A DNA stretch of 64,000 nucleotides, from IMG/VR virus record IMGVR_UViG_3300042484_001031, positions 1 through 64,000 of that record, one strand, 5' to 3'. A program made the position numbers and the translations under genes. The stretch comes from an uncultured virus (IMG/VR IMGVR_UViG_3300042484_001031) (lineage: Duplodnaviria > Heunggongvirae > Uroviricota > Caudoviricetes). Shown piece by piece: positions 1-5,886 of the stretch (the stretch's first letter is position 1; each line of letters opens with the position of its first letter). Below the pieces are notes generated by a model. The model had not been told where the DNA came from and searched no databases. It saw only the letters and a program-made list of their open reading frames with translations.

Positions 1-212
1 ATGTGCTTCAATATGCTCTGCGTCCCCCGGCGGTAATTATAGTACAAAAAGATATGACGCTATCATACCCCTCACACGTACCTTCCACCCGCTTCCCGAC
101 AGGGACCGTTCTCGCATTGCTAGCGGCCTTTAGGTTCAAAGACTACCACCCGTAGTTGTCACACTACTTCTCATCGTGCGGGTCACACTATCCGAAGACA
201 CTCGGAACGTTC
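1..212 (-). ncRNA. putative structured non-coding RNA (may extend beyond window edge)
   Basis: GC-rich relative to the genome. Nested minus-strand helices: TCCGAG/TTCGGA, ACCCG/CGGGT, GTAGT/ACTAC, GTCTTT/AAAGGC, GTCCCT/GGGGAC, GGGTATGA/TCATATCT. Confidence 0.6.
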
Positions 213-227
213 TTTTATAAATACAGT

Positions 228-410
228 ATGGAACTACAAAACTGTATTGATGTTGTTGAAAAGTTGTTGCGTCAAAACAAACGTAATTACAAAGATAGCC
301 ACGAACAGTTATTATATGAACGGGGTTACCTCACTGGATTGCTTGCTCGTATGATGAGTGATGATCCTAGTATCTTACATCAAATCATAAACAAAACAAA
401 TAATCGCTGA
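228..410 (+). CDS. small hypothetical protein (60 aa, MELQNCIDVV...)
   Basis: ORF 156..410 re-started at ATG 228, 4 nt after TATAAATA (216-223); the upstream extension overlaps the structured RNA. Confidence 0.6.
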   Translation: MELQNCIDVVEKLLRQNKRNYKDSHEQLLYERGYLTGLLARMMSDDPSILHQIINKTNNR

Positions 411-411
411 T

Positions 412-503
412 TGGTGGAGACGGTGAGATTCGAACTCACGGTACGTGTTGCCACATACGACAGGTTAGCAACCTGCTGCCTTCGGCCACTCGGCCACGTC
501 TCC
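412..503 (-). tRNA. tRNA-Ser(GCT)
   Basis: Cloverleaf, anticodon arm GCAGG-TTGCTAA-CCTGT, long variable arm, CCA end. Confidence 0.95.
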
Positions 504-510
504 TAATACT

Positions 511-587
511 TGGTGCCTCCACCTGGACTCGAACCAGGAACCAACGGATTATGAGTCCGCTGCGCTAACCAATTGCGCTATAGAGGC
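511..587 (-). tRNA. tRNA with CAT anticodon (probably Ile2/lysidine type, otherwise elongator Met)
   Basis: Anticodon arm GCGGA-CTCATAA-TCCGT; 1:72 paired, so not an initiator tRNA. Confidence 0.9.
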
Positions 588-596
588 ATCATTCTT

Positions 597-681
597 TGGT
601 GCGAGTGGGCGGGGTCGAACCGCCATGCCTTGCGACGCCAGATTTTAAGTCTGGAGAGTATACCGATTTCTCCACACTCGC
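597..681 (-). tRNA. tRNA-Leu(TAA)
   Basis: CCAGA-CTTAAAA-TCTGG, variable arm, CCA. Confidence 0.95.
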
Positions 682-693
682 ATTATTGTTAAC

Positions 694-722
694 ATTATAT
701 ATCATACAATGATTGTTGTCAA
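694..722 (-). promoter_or_regulatory. sigma70-type promoter
   Basis: TTGACA-17 nt-TATAAT, perfect consensus, just upstream of tRNA-Leu(TAA). Confidence 0.85.
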
Positions 723-728
723 ATAATT

Positions 729-805
729 TGGCGCACCGTAGGGGACTTGAACCCCTGGCCTCATGCGTGACAGGCATGCGATCTAACCAACTGATCTAAC
801 GGTGC
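729..805 (-). tRNA. tRNA-Asp(GTC)
   Basis: CATGC-CTGTCAC-GCATG, CCA. Confidence 0.95.
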
Positions 806-811
806 AAATAT

Positions 812-877
812 GAAACAGGACACCCCTTTGGCCTAGGTCATTTAAGAGTACGCCTGCCCAGCGACTCTCCTATATTC
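812..877 (-). ncRNA. putative small structured RNA (junction or pseudoknot)
   Basis: Closing ATAGGA/TCCTGT, inner GAGT/ACTC and CGCT/GGCG; CTGGG-CA is alternatively complementary to TG-A-CCTAG. Confidence 0.35.
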
Positions 878-878
878 T

Positions 879-963
879 TGGTGGAGATTACCGGGATCGA
901 ACCAGTCGTGCTATAAAGCGGCGGATTTACAGTCCACTGCATCACCATTGATGCTTCATCTCC
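879..963 (-). tRNA. tRNA-Tyr(GTA)
   Basis: GTGGA-CTGTAAA-TCCGC, variable arm, CCA. Confidence 0.95.
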
Positions 964-968
964 AAGGG

Positions 969-1033
969 GAGAGCCACGGTTGCAGGACCTAGTGCTTTGT
1001 TACCAAAGGAAGTATCCAGGCGATGTGGCTCTC
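969..1033 (-). ncRNA. putative small structured RNA
   Basis: 9-bp closing stem GAGAGCCAC/GTGGCTCTC, inner CCTGG/CTAGG, and CTTTG-GTAA-CAAAG (GNRA loop on the minus strand). Confidence 0.5.
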
Positions 1034-1103
1034 AAAACTCAGTATAATATAGATGTATACAACAAGCCTATTATTGTACATATCTATGTTATGTATTAGT
1101 ATA

Positions 1104-1293
1104 AGCTACTTGTTTCCACACAAGCCCTTAATTGAGCGGTTACTCTGTCCATCTCCATTTATTCAAAGTCTGTGTGCAGTTGAGATTCTGCCTATCAGAG
1201 CCTGCGAGGGTATTGTTAATCCTCACGCTAACGGTTTTCTGCCACCGGAACTCTATCGCTATTCAAACGCTACTTTAAGGAAAGTAGTAACCG
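1104..1293 (-). ncRNA. putative multibranch structured RNA (~190 nt)
   Basis: Long-range CGGTTACT/AGTAACCG (1137-1144 with 1286-1293) enclosing hairpins CTACTTT/AAAGTAG, CGGT/ACCG, GTGAGG/CCTCGC and TCTG/CAGA. Confidence 0.6.
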
Positions 1294-1300
1294 GATTCTT

Positions 1301-1375
1301 TGGAAGAGCATAGGAGAATCGAACTCCTCTTCTTAGGATGAAAACCTAATGTCCTAACCGATAGACGAATGCTCC
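1301..1375 (-). tRNA. tRNA-Glu(TTC)
   Basis: TTAGG-TTTTCAT-CCTAA, CCA. Confidence 0.93.
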
Positions 1376-1376
1376 A

Positions 1377-1503
1377 TGTTATTAGTTTTGCTGACGCACT
1401 ATTTGCTATGCTCAACGGAATTATTTGCAAATTTACCGTTTATATACATAGTTAGTTAGAGTTGACGTTTACTCAGGCGCTTACATCAGCAAAACTAATA
1501 ACA
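1377..1503. repeat. 18-bp perfect inverted repeat enclosing a 91-nt structured interior
   Basis: tgttattagttttgctga (1377-1394) / tcagcaaaactaataaca (1486-1503); inner CTATG/CATAG and AACGG/CCGTT stems. Confidence 0.8.
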
Positions 1504-1504
1504 C

Positions 1505-1600
1505 ACTATATGAAAACACACTACCTCGCTATTTGCGGGCGAGACACCGACTGTATAGTGTGTTTACATATAGTCCCTGTAACTTAAACAGGGCTATATG
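1505..1600. repeat. two overlapping inverted repeats (alternative hairpins)
   Basis: actatatgaaaacacacta/tagtgtgtttacatatagt (one mismatch) overlaps catatag-t-ccctgt/acagggctatatg. Confidence 0.7.
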
Positions 1601-1662
1601 ATAACTCAGAATTTTAAAGAACTTTGTTGATTAGTACGATGACTTTCTCAACTCATGCTATG

Positions 1663-1691
1663 ATTGTATCATAACTACCATTTATTGTCAA
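1663..1691 (-). promoter_or_regulatory. sigma70-type promoter
   Basis: TTGACA-17-TACAAT with TGn extension. Confidence 0.75.
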
Positions 1692-1743
1692 ATTCTTCTG
1701 TTTCACTGTTTCCCGAGAACTTGTTCAATCAATCTATGAATAG

Positions 1744-1772
1744 AGTATATCAGATTGAGGATTTATTGTCAA
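1744..1772 (-). promoter_or_regulatory. sigma70-type promoter
   Basis: TTGACA-17-TATACT with TGn extension. Confidence 0.75.
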
Positions 1773-1827
1773 ATTTTATCATTTTAGTACTTTATACTAC
1801 ATAAAATACTTGATGATAAATATTGTT

Positions 1828-2424
1828 ATGACAACCTCCCTATATGATGATTTAGAATTACCAAAAACTTGCACCTCTGAAGAAATCAAACAAAAATACA
1901 GAATCTTAGCACAACTACATCATCCTGACAAGGGAGGGGATGTGGAAAAGTTCAAACGGATGAAATTGGCATACGAAGTGTTAAGTGACCCTATCAAACG
2001 TGAACACTATGATTCGACCGGTGATCATTATAATGATATTAACCTTGACAGTGAGGTTATGGGCAGATTAGCTGTTATGGTTTCACAGTTTGTTCAACAT
2101 ATTAATCCAGAGTTTGATGATTTAATACTAAAAATGAAAATTGAGATTCGTGCATTACAACAACTGACAACAAATGCTATTGTAGAATGTAATGATTTAA
2201 TTGCCAAATTTAACATTATTTCTAAAAAGATTAGATTAAAAAAAGAAGGCGAGAACTTGTTAAAGTTGGTAGTTGACAAAAAAGTATTAGGGCTTCATAA
2301 TGAAGTAATTAACCACAAAAGAGGTTTAATTGTTTTTGCTAGGATGTTAGAAGTATTAGACGATTATCACTACAGTAGTGATGAATGGCGATTACTACTA
2401 GAAAACGTTGATGGTCCGGCGTAG
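1828..2424 (+). CDS. DnaJ (J-domain) protein
   Basis: N-terminal J-domain LYDDLEL...HPDKGGD...AYEVLSDP; start moved to ATG 1828 after GATAAATA. Confidence 0.9.
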   Translation: MTTSLYDDLELPKTCTSEEIKQKYRILAQLHHPDKGGDVEKFKRMKLAYEVLSDPIKREHYDSTGDHYNDINLDSEVMGRLAVMVSQFVQHINPEFDDLILKMKIEIRALQQLTTNAIVECNDLIAKFNIISKKIRLKKEGENLLKLVVDKKVLGLHNEVINHKRGLIVFARMLEVLDDYHYSSDEWRLLLENVDGPA

Positions 2425-2486
2425 AGGAATCGAACCTCTATTGACGGCTTAGAAGGCCGCTGTATGATCCATTATACTAACGCCAG
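2412..2486 (-). tRNA. tRNA-Arg(TCT)
   Basis: GCGGC-CTTCTAA-GCCGT, CCA; its 3' end overlaps the DnaJ stop codon on the opposite strand. Confidence 0.93.
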
Positions 2487-2501
2487 AAGTTTTAAGTTGT
2501 T

Positions 2502-2582
2502 TGGCTCCACGGCTAGGACTCGAACCTAGCTAGCTTTCGCACAGATTAACAGTCTGCTGCCACACCCGGCGGCTCCCGTGGA
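2502..2582 (-). tRNA. tRNA-Asn(GTT) with extended variable arm
   Basis: GCAGA-CTGTTAA-TCTGT, variable region GCGAAAGCTA, G73, CCA. Confidence 0.85.
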
Positions 2583-2589
2583 ATAATTT

Positions 2590-2665
<76 letters not shown>

Positions 2666-2690
2666 GACTTTTATTTAATAGTATTATACA

Positions 2691-3251
2691 CTAACTTAAT
2701 AATATTCTACTATGTTTTGGAACTCCTGCTAACAAATATTCCATTTGATCAGCAAGAATTGTTCTATGTTGTAATATCATATTTTCGTAGTGGTTTGGGA
2801 TGTATGGTAAGTATAGTAATTCCATACGCACTTCTTTTAAACTCTTATGTCCTTTTTTGCTGTTACAATCTTTACATGCTGTAACAACATTCATCCAAGT
2901 ATTTTCACCACCTTTGCTTCTAGGGACAATGTGGTCACGACTTAACAGATGATAGTTTGGAAACTGTTCACCGCAATAAGCACATACATGTCTATCACGA
3001 CCAAACAATGTTTTATTAGTTAGTGCAACACATGAATGCTTGTATGGATTGAATCCATGACCTTTAATAGCAATAATGCTACTAGCTTCTAGGTAACTTA
3101 ATGTACCGTCATTTTGTATACCACCACGATATTTAGCTACAATATTACCCATTGACCAAGCGATGGCATCTTTTGCTTTATAGGTAATTGCGTCATCATT
3201 TGATATCCATTGCCGGGGAACTCCCGAGATATCTAGTGCTAGAACAGCCAT
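2691..3251 (-). CDS. HNH endonuclease (McrA-like)
   Basis: RDRHVCAYCG...DHIVPRSKGG...NVVTACKDCNSKK; SD AAGGAG before ATG 3251. Confidence 0.9.
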   Translation of the reverse strand: MAVLALDISGVPRQWISNDDAITYKAKDAIAWSMGNIVAKYRGGIQNDGTLSYLEASSIIAIKGHGFNPYKHSCVALTNKTLFGRDRHVCAYCGEQFPNYHLLSRDHIVPRSKGGENTWMNVVTACKDCNSKKGHKSLKEVRMELLYLPYIPNHYENMILQHRTILADQMEYLLAGVPKHSRILLS

Positions 3252-3298
3252 AGTGTACTCCTTTTCTGTTATTATCACTATATGTATTTAATGCCTAA

Positions 3299-3373
3299 TG
3301 GCGGGTCCTGCAGGAATCGAACCCACATCTCCAAGTTCGAAGCATGGCATTCTATCCATTGAACTAAGGACCC
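3299..3373 (-). tRNA. tRNA-Arg(TCG)
   Basis: CCATG-CTTCGAA-CTTGG (one U:U pair), CCA. Confidence 0.9.
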
Positions 3374-3380
3374 TTAATAT

Positions 3381-3409
3381 ATCATAACATAAACTATGTT
3401 TGTTGTCAA
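3381..3409 (-). promoter_or_regulatory. sigma70-type promoter
   Basis: TTGACA-17-TATGAT with TGn extension. Confidence 0.7.
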
Positions 3410-3413
3410 CTAT

Positions 3414-3500
3414 TGGTGCCCCCACTGAGATTCGAACTCAGATTTCCTTTAAGATACTCCCTTTTGAGGAGAGTGACTTTGCCAATTTGTCTATGGGGGC
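3414..3500 (-). tRNA. tRNA-Leu(CAA)
   Basis: CTCTC-CTCAAAA-GGGAG, variable arm, CCA. Confidence 0.93.
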
Positions 3501-3505
3501 ATGTT

Positions 3506-3581
3506 TGGTGCAACCTTGTGGGATCGAACCACGTTCAACGGTTCTTCAGACCGCCGCTATGACTACATCAGCTAAAGTTGC
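3506..3581 (-). tRNA. tRNA-Phe(GAA)
   Basis: GCGGT-CTGAAGA-ACCGT, CCA. Confidence 0.92.
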
Positions 3582-3592
3582 ATAAATATATA

Positions 3593-3781
3593 ATGTCTTA
3601 TATAAAAAGATTTATCATTCTTTTCCCCACTCCATTGTTTATGATTATGGGGTTTTTTAATCTGTTTCACGTTAATCCACATATGTGCGGTGGACATGAT
3701 GGTCAATCATTTGAAATGACTTTAATGTGGTTTGCTATGTCGATTGCACATTGTAGACCATGGCTTGATTATATAGATTAA
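3593..3781 (+). CDS. small putative membrane protein
   Basis: Two hydrophobic segments; ATG 4 nt after CATAAATA; fills the gap between two tRNAs. Confidence 0.6.
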   Translation: MSYIKRFIILFPTPLFMIMGFFNLFHVNPHMCGGHDGQSFEMTLMWFAMSIAHCRPWLDYID

Positions 3782-3785
3782 TATT

Positions 3786-3861
3786 TGGGGTGAAGGATGG
3801 GACTCGAACCCACAACCAACGGAATCACAATCCGTTGCTCTACCATTGAGCTACCAACACC
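3786..3861 (-). tRNA. tRNA-His(GTG) copy 1
   Basis: ACGGA-TTGTGAT-TCCGT, G-1:C73; two U:U pairs in the acceptor stem. Confidence 0.9.
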
Positions 3862-3869
3862 ATAAAAAG

Positions 3870-4019
3870 ATGGGAGCCTAGCTATCTTATTGTTAATAAG
3901 CCTCGCTAGATTGTCTCGTATAGGCAAGTTTATACACCCATCAATCATACTATAGTGTCATCACAGTTAACCCCACTGTGATTAGATTGACAGGGACTCG
4001 AACCTATCGTCTATCCCAT
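3870..4019 (-). ncRNA. putative structured RNA with a T-loop-like hairpin
   Basis: Closing ATGGGA/TCCCAT; hairpins GATAGG-TTCGAGTC-CCTGTC, ATCACAGT/ACTGTGAT, and CTAGC..CTTATT/AATAAG..GCTAG. Confidence 0.6.
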
Positions 4020-4031
4020 AACTTTGTAAAA

Positions 4032-4577
4032 TTAATTTGTTAAATAACAGTTGAATAATTGCAATGCAGTATTCCAATCTACCCATTCATTATTAATTGT
4101 CTTTAATTTTAAATTAACACACCATCTTTCATTTATTTGATTAGTGACATTGTGTGGCACAGCACCTTGAAATAAACAGGTGCCATTAATATTTCTAGAT
4201 TCTATGATTCTTAATTTAGTATTGTTGTATTTTCTTATAGTTGTAAACGGTGTTTTTATTACCTCGCCATTATATCCATCAACAGGTTTATACCAAAATA
4301 CTTTACTATTTGTACCACCAATAACCAAATTCAAATTAGTTTGATCGTACACATCATCGTCATCAATATGTATACGTGAAGGTTCATACGTTGCGGCGTA
4401 ATACAGTACAATACAATTAACTATTTTAATTTTTCCCGATGATTCAACTAAGTTGAATAATTCAGGATTTAAAATAATATGTGGATTAATTTTAATTATC
4501 TGTTTAACACTTGTTAAATCAAATTCCGTGTTAAGAAATGGAATCGGTAAATTTAATTTTTGAAAATTTCTAGACAT
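4032..4577 (-). CDS. cupin / Fe(II)-2OG oxygenase-like protein
   Basis: HxD (IHID) ... distal His (VPHNV) ... RWCV; start after TATAAATA. Confidence 0.6.
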   Translation of the reverse strand: MSRNFQKLNLPIPFLNTEFDLTSVKQIIKINPHIILNPELFNLVESSGKIKIVNCIVLYYAATYEPSRIHIDDDDVYDQTNLNLVIGGTNSKVFWYKPVDGYNGEVIKTPFTTIRKYNNTKLRIIESRNINGTCLFQGAVPHNVTNQINERWCVNLKLKTINNEWVDWNTALQLFNCYLTN

Positions 4578-4634
4578 TTTGTATTTATATACAATTGTGT
4601 TCTGTGGGCAGAACTGATAGTCTATACTATAAAC

Positions 4635-4712
4635 TGGCACCCCCTCAAGGATTTGAACCTCGGAGTGTCGGAATCAAAATCCGATGCCTTAGACCAACTT
4701 GGCGAAGGGGGT
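4635..4712 (-). tRNA. tRNA-Gln(TTG)
   Basis: TCGGA-TTTTGAT-TCCGA, CCA. Confidence 0.93.
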
Positions 4713-4717
4713 ATAAA

Positions 4718-4794
4718 TGGTAGCTTCACTGTGACTCGAACACAGGACCCCCGCCTTATCAAGACGGTGCTCTAACCAACTGAGCTATGAAGCT
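4718..4794 (-). tRNA. tRNA-Ile(GAT)
   Basis: CCGTC-TTGATAA-GGCGG, CCA. Confidence 0.95.
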
Positions 4795-4799
4795 GAAAC

Positions 4800-4874
4800 T
4801 GGTGGATGTAAGTAGATTTGAACTACTGACCTACTCCGTATGAAGGAGTTGCACTACCGCTGTGCTATACATCC
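4800..4874 (-). tRNA. tRNA-Met(CAT), elongator type
   Basis: ACTCC-TTCATAC-GGAGT, G1:C72 paired, CCA. Confidence 0.9.
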
Positions 4875-4875
4875 A

Positions 4876-4952
4876 TGGGGTGCTTGATGGGATTCGAACC
4901 CACGTATATCGGAATCACAATCCGAGGTCTTAACCGCTTGACGACAAGCACC
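4876..4952 (-). tRNA. tRNA-His(GTG) copy 2
   Basis: TCGGA-TTGTGAT-TCCGA, G-1:C73, Gln-like D arm. Confidence 0.92.
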
Positions 4953-4953
4953 A

Positions 4954-5043
4954 TGGTAGAAACGGTGAGATTTGAACTCACGGACCCTTTCGGACCGACA
5001 GTTTTCAAGACTGTTGCAATAAACCAAACTCTGCCACGTTTCC
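4954..5043 (-). tRNA. tRNA-Ser(TGA)
   Basis: ACAGT-CTTGAAA-ACTGT, long variable arm, CCA. Confidence 0.95.
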
Positions 5044-5049
5044 ATAATA

Positions 5050-5125
5050 TGGTGGGACCAGGGCGGTTCGAACGCCCGACCAATGGATTAAAAGTCCACT
5101 GCTCTACCGACTGAGCTATGGTCCC
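5050..5125 (-). tRNA. tRNA-Lys(TTT)
   Basis: GTGGA-CTTTTAA-TCCAT, CCA. Confidence 0.95.
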
Positions 5126-5131
5126 ATATAT

Positions 5132-5208
5132 TGGTGCGACCGGAAGGACTTGAACCTCCGACTCCCTATTTCGTAGACAGGTACTCTAATCCACTGAGTT
5201 ACGGTCGC
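5132..5208 (-). tRNA. tRNA-Arg(ACG)
   Basis: CCTGT-CTACGAA-ATAGG, CCA. Confidence 0.95.
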
Positions 5209-5288
5209 ATTCTAAAACACACATAGTACACCCTAGTCAACAGGGTTGCCGCACAGGCCATACTGTTCAACTATGTATGCTTTAGAAT
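5209..5288 (-). ncRNA. long stem-loop element with structured head
   Basis: 19-bp stem whose two non-Watson-Crick pairs are G:U only on the minus strand; head contains GCC/GGC and ACCCTG/TAGGGT. Confidence 0.55.
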
Positions 5289-5430
5289 GCCCAGTATCAC
5301 TACCGGACATGATAGGGTCAATACCCTACCCAGTAGTCTTACTAACATGTTGTCTCCATGCTTTCATATATACTGTCCGCCCATTCTATACATTTAACGC
5401 TGTATTACGGCTCTCGTTGCCTATTCACGC
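5289..5430 (-). ncRNA. putative multibranch structured RNA (~140 nt)
   Basis: CAGTAT/ATACTG enclosing GCATG/CATGT and CTACTGG..TAGGGT/ACCCTA..CCGGTAG; ATACA/TGTAT hairpin. Confidence 0.5.
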
Positions 5431-5437
5431 TATCTAT

Positions 5438-5605
5438 TCAATCAGTATAAGTTAGTTGGTTAACTTTCTTAGTAGCCTCATGATGGACTTTAGCACGTTG
5501 AAATTTATCCTCTATCAACTGTGCTACTTGCTCCTTAGTCAAAACATGATTGCTAAACCAATCTTGTTTGTTTTCAGAAGTTTTGTATTCTATCTGTTCA
5601 TCCAT
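5438..5605 (-). CDS. small hypothetical protein (55 aa, MDEQIEYKTSENKQDWFSNH...)
   Basis: Manually translated, below the ORF-track cutoff; AGAGGA upstream; first ORF after the attenuator terminator. Confidence 0.5.
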   Translation of the reverse strand: MDEQIEYKTSENKQDWFSNHVLTKEQVAQLIEDKFQRAKVHHEATKKVNQLTYTD

Positions 5606-5615
5606 TTATTGTCAA
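5587..5615 (-). promoter_or_regulatory. possible sigma70-type promoter
   Basis: TTGACA-17-TAGAAT; overlaps the start of the 55-aa ORF. Confidence 0.55.
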
Positions 5616-5626
5616 ATCCTCTCTGT

Positions 5627-5666
5627 AAAAGCAAAAACCCCTGAGACTTTTTAGTTCCCAGGGGTT
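5627..5666 (-). terminator. intrinsic terminator (attenuator terminator)
   Basis: 11-bp stem AACCCCTGGGA/TCTCAGGGGTT followed by TTTGCTTTT. Confidence 0.85.
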
Positions 5667-5706
5667 AGATAAATGTGTTATGATGTTAACTTGTTACCTA
5701 GTCCCC
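5661..5706 (-). promoter_or_regulatory. antiterminator hairpin
   Basis: GGGG-AC-TAGGTAA pairs with TTATCTA-A-CCCC (plus inner GTTA/TAAC), sequestering the terminator 5' arm; contains the leader stop codon. Confidence 0.7.
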
Positions 5707-5831
5707 GGGGTTCTCTCTTGGTTATCATTTGAACCGCGAATACTTGTTGGATATGCTGGTACAAAGGATACACTGGCTAACGTTAGCCACTGTCCGGTAT
5801 GCTTCAGCATGTTACAAGTTTTATTCATCAT
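5694..5831 (-). CDS. putative attenuator leader peptide (45 aa)
   Basis: MMNKTCNMLKHTGQWLTLASVSFVPAYPTSIRGSNDNQERTPGTR*; all 20 amino acids; lies between a promoter and the terminator. Confidence 0.7.
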   Translation of the reverse strand: MMNKTCNMLKHTGQWLTLASVSFVPAYPTSIRGSNDNQERTPGTR

Positions 5832-5886
5832 AGTCTCTTATTTAGTCCTGGGTGTAAAAATTACACCTTTTTTCAATTCATGCTGA

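Noticed and set aside
1049..1087. AT-rich 14-bp imperfect hairpin
   Set aside because: Low complexity and no U-tract; too weak to call separately.
812..1293. HDV-like theta or hammerhead ribozymes after tRNAs
   Set aside because: Could not place the nested double pseudoknot or the CUGAUGA/GAAA core; the tRNAs already encode CCA.
5375..5415. GAGAGCCGTA resembling group II intron domain V
   Set aside because: The 3' strand does not pair with the AGC triad as required, and there is no other intron domain or maturase.
5680..5886. Plus-strand 68-aa ORF over the leader region
   Set aside because: The sigma70 promoter, terminator polarity and downstream tRNAs all point to the minus strand; the minus-strand leader ORF fits better.
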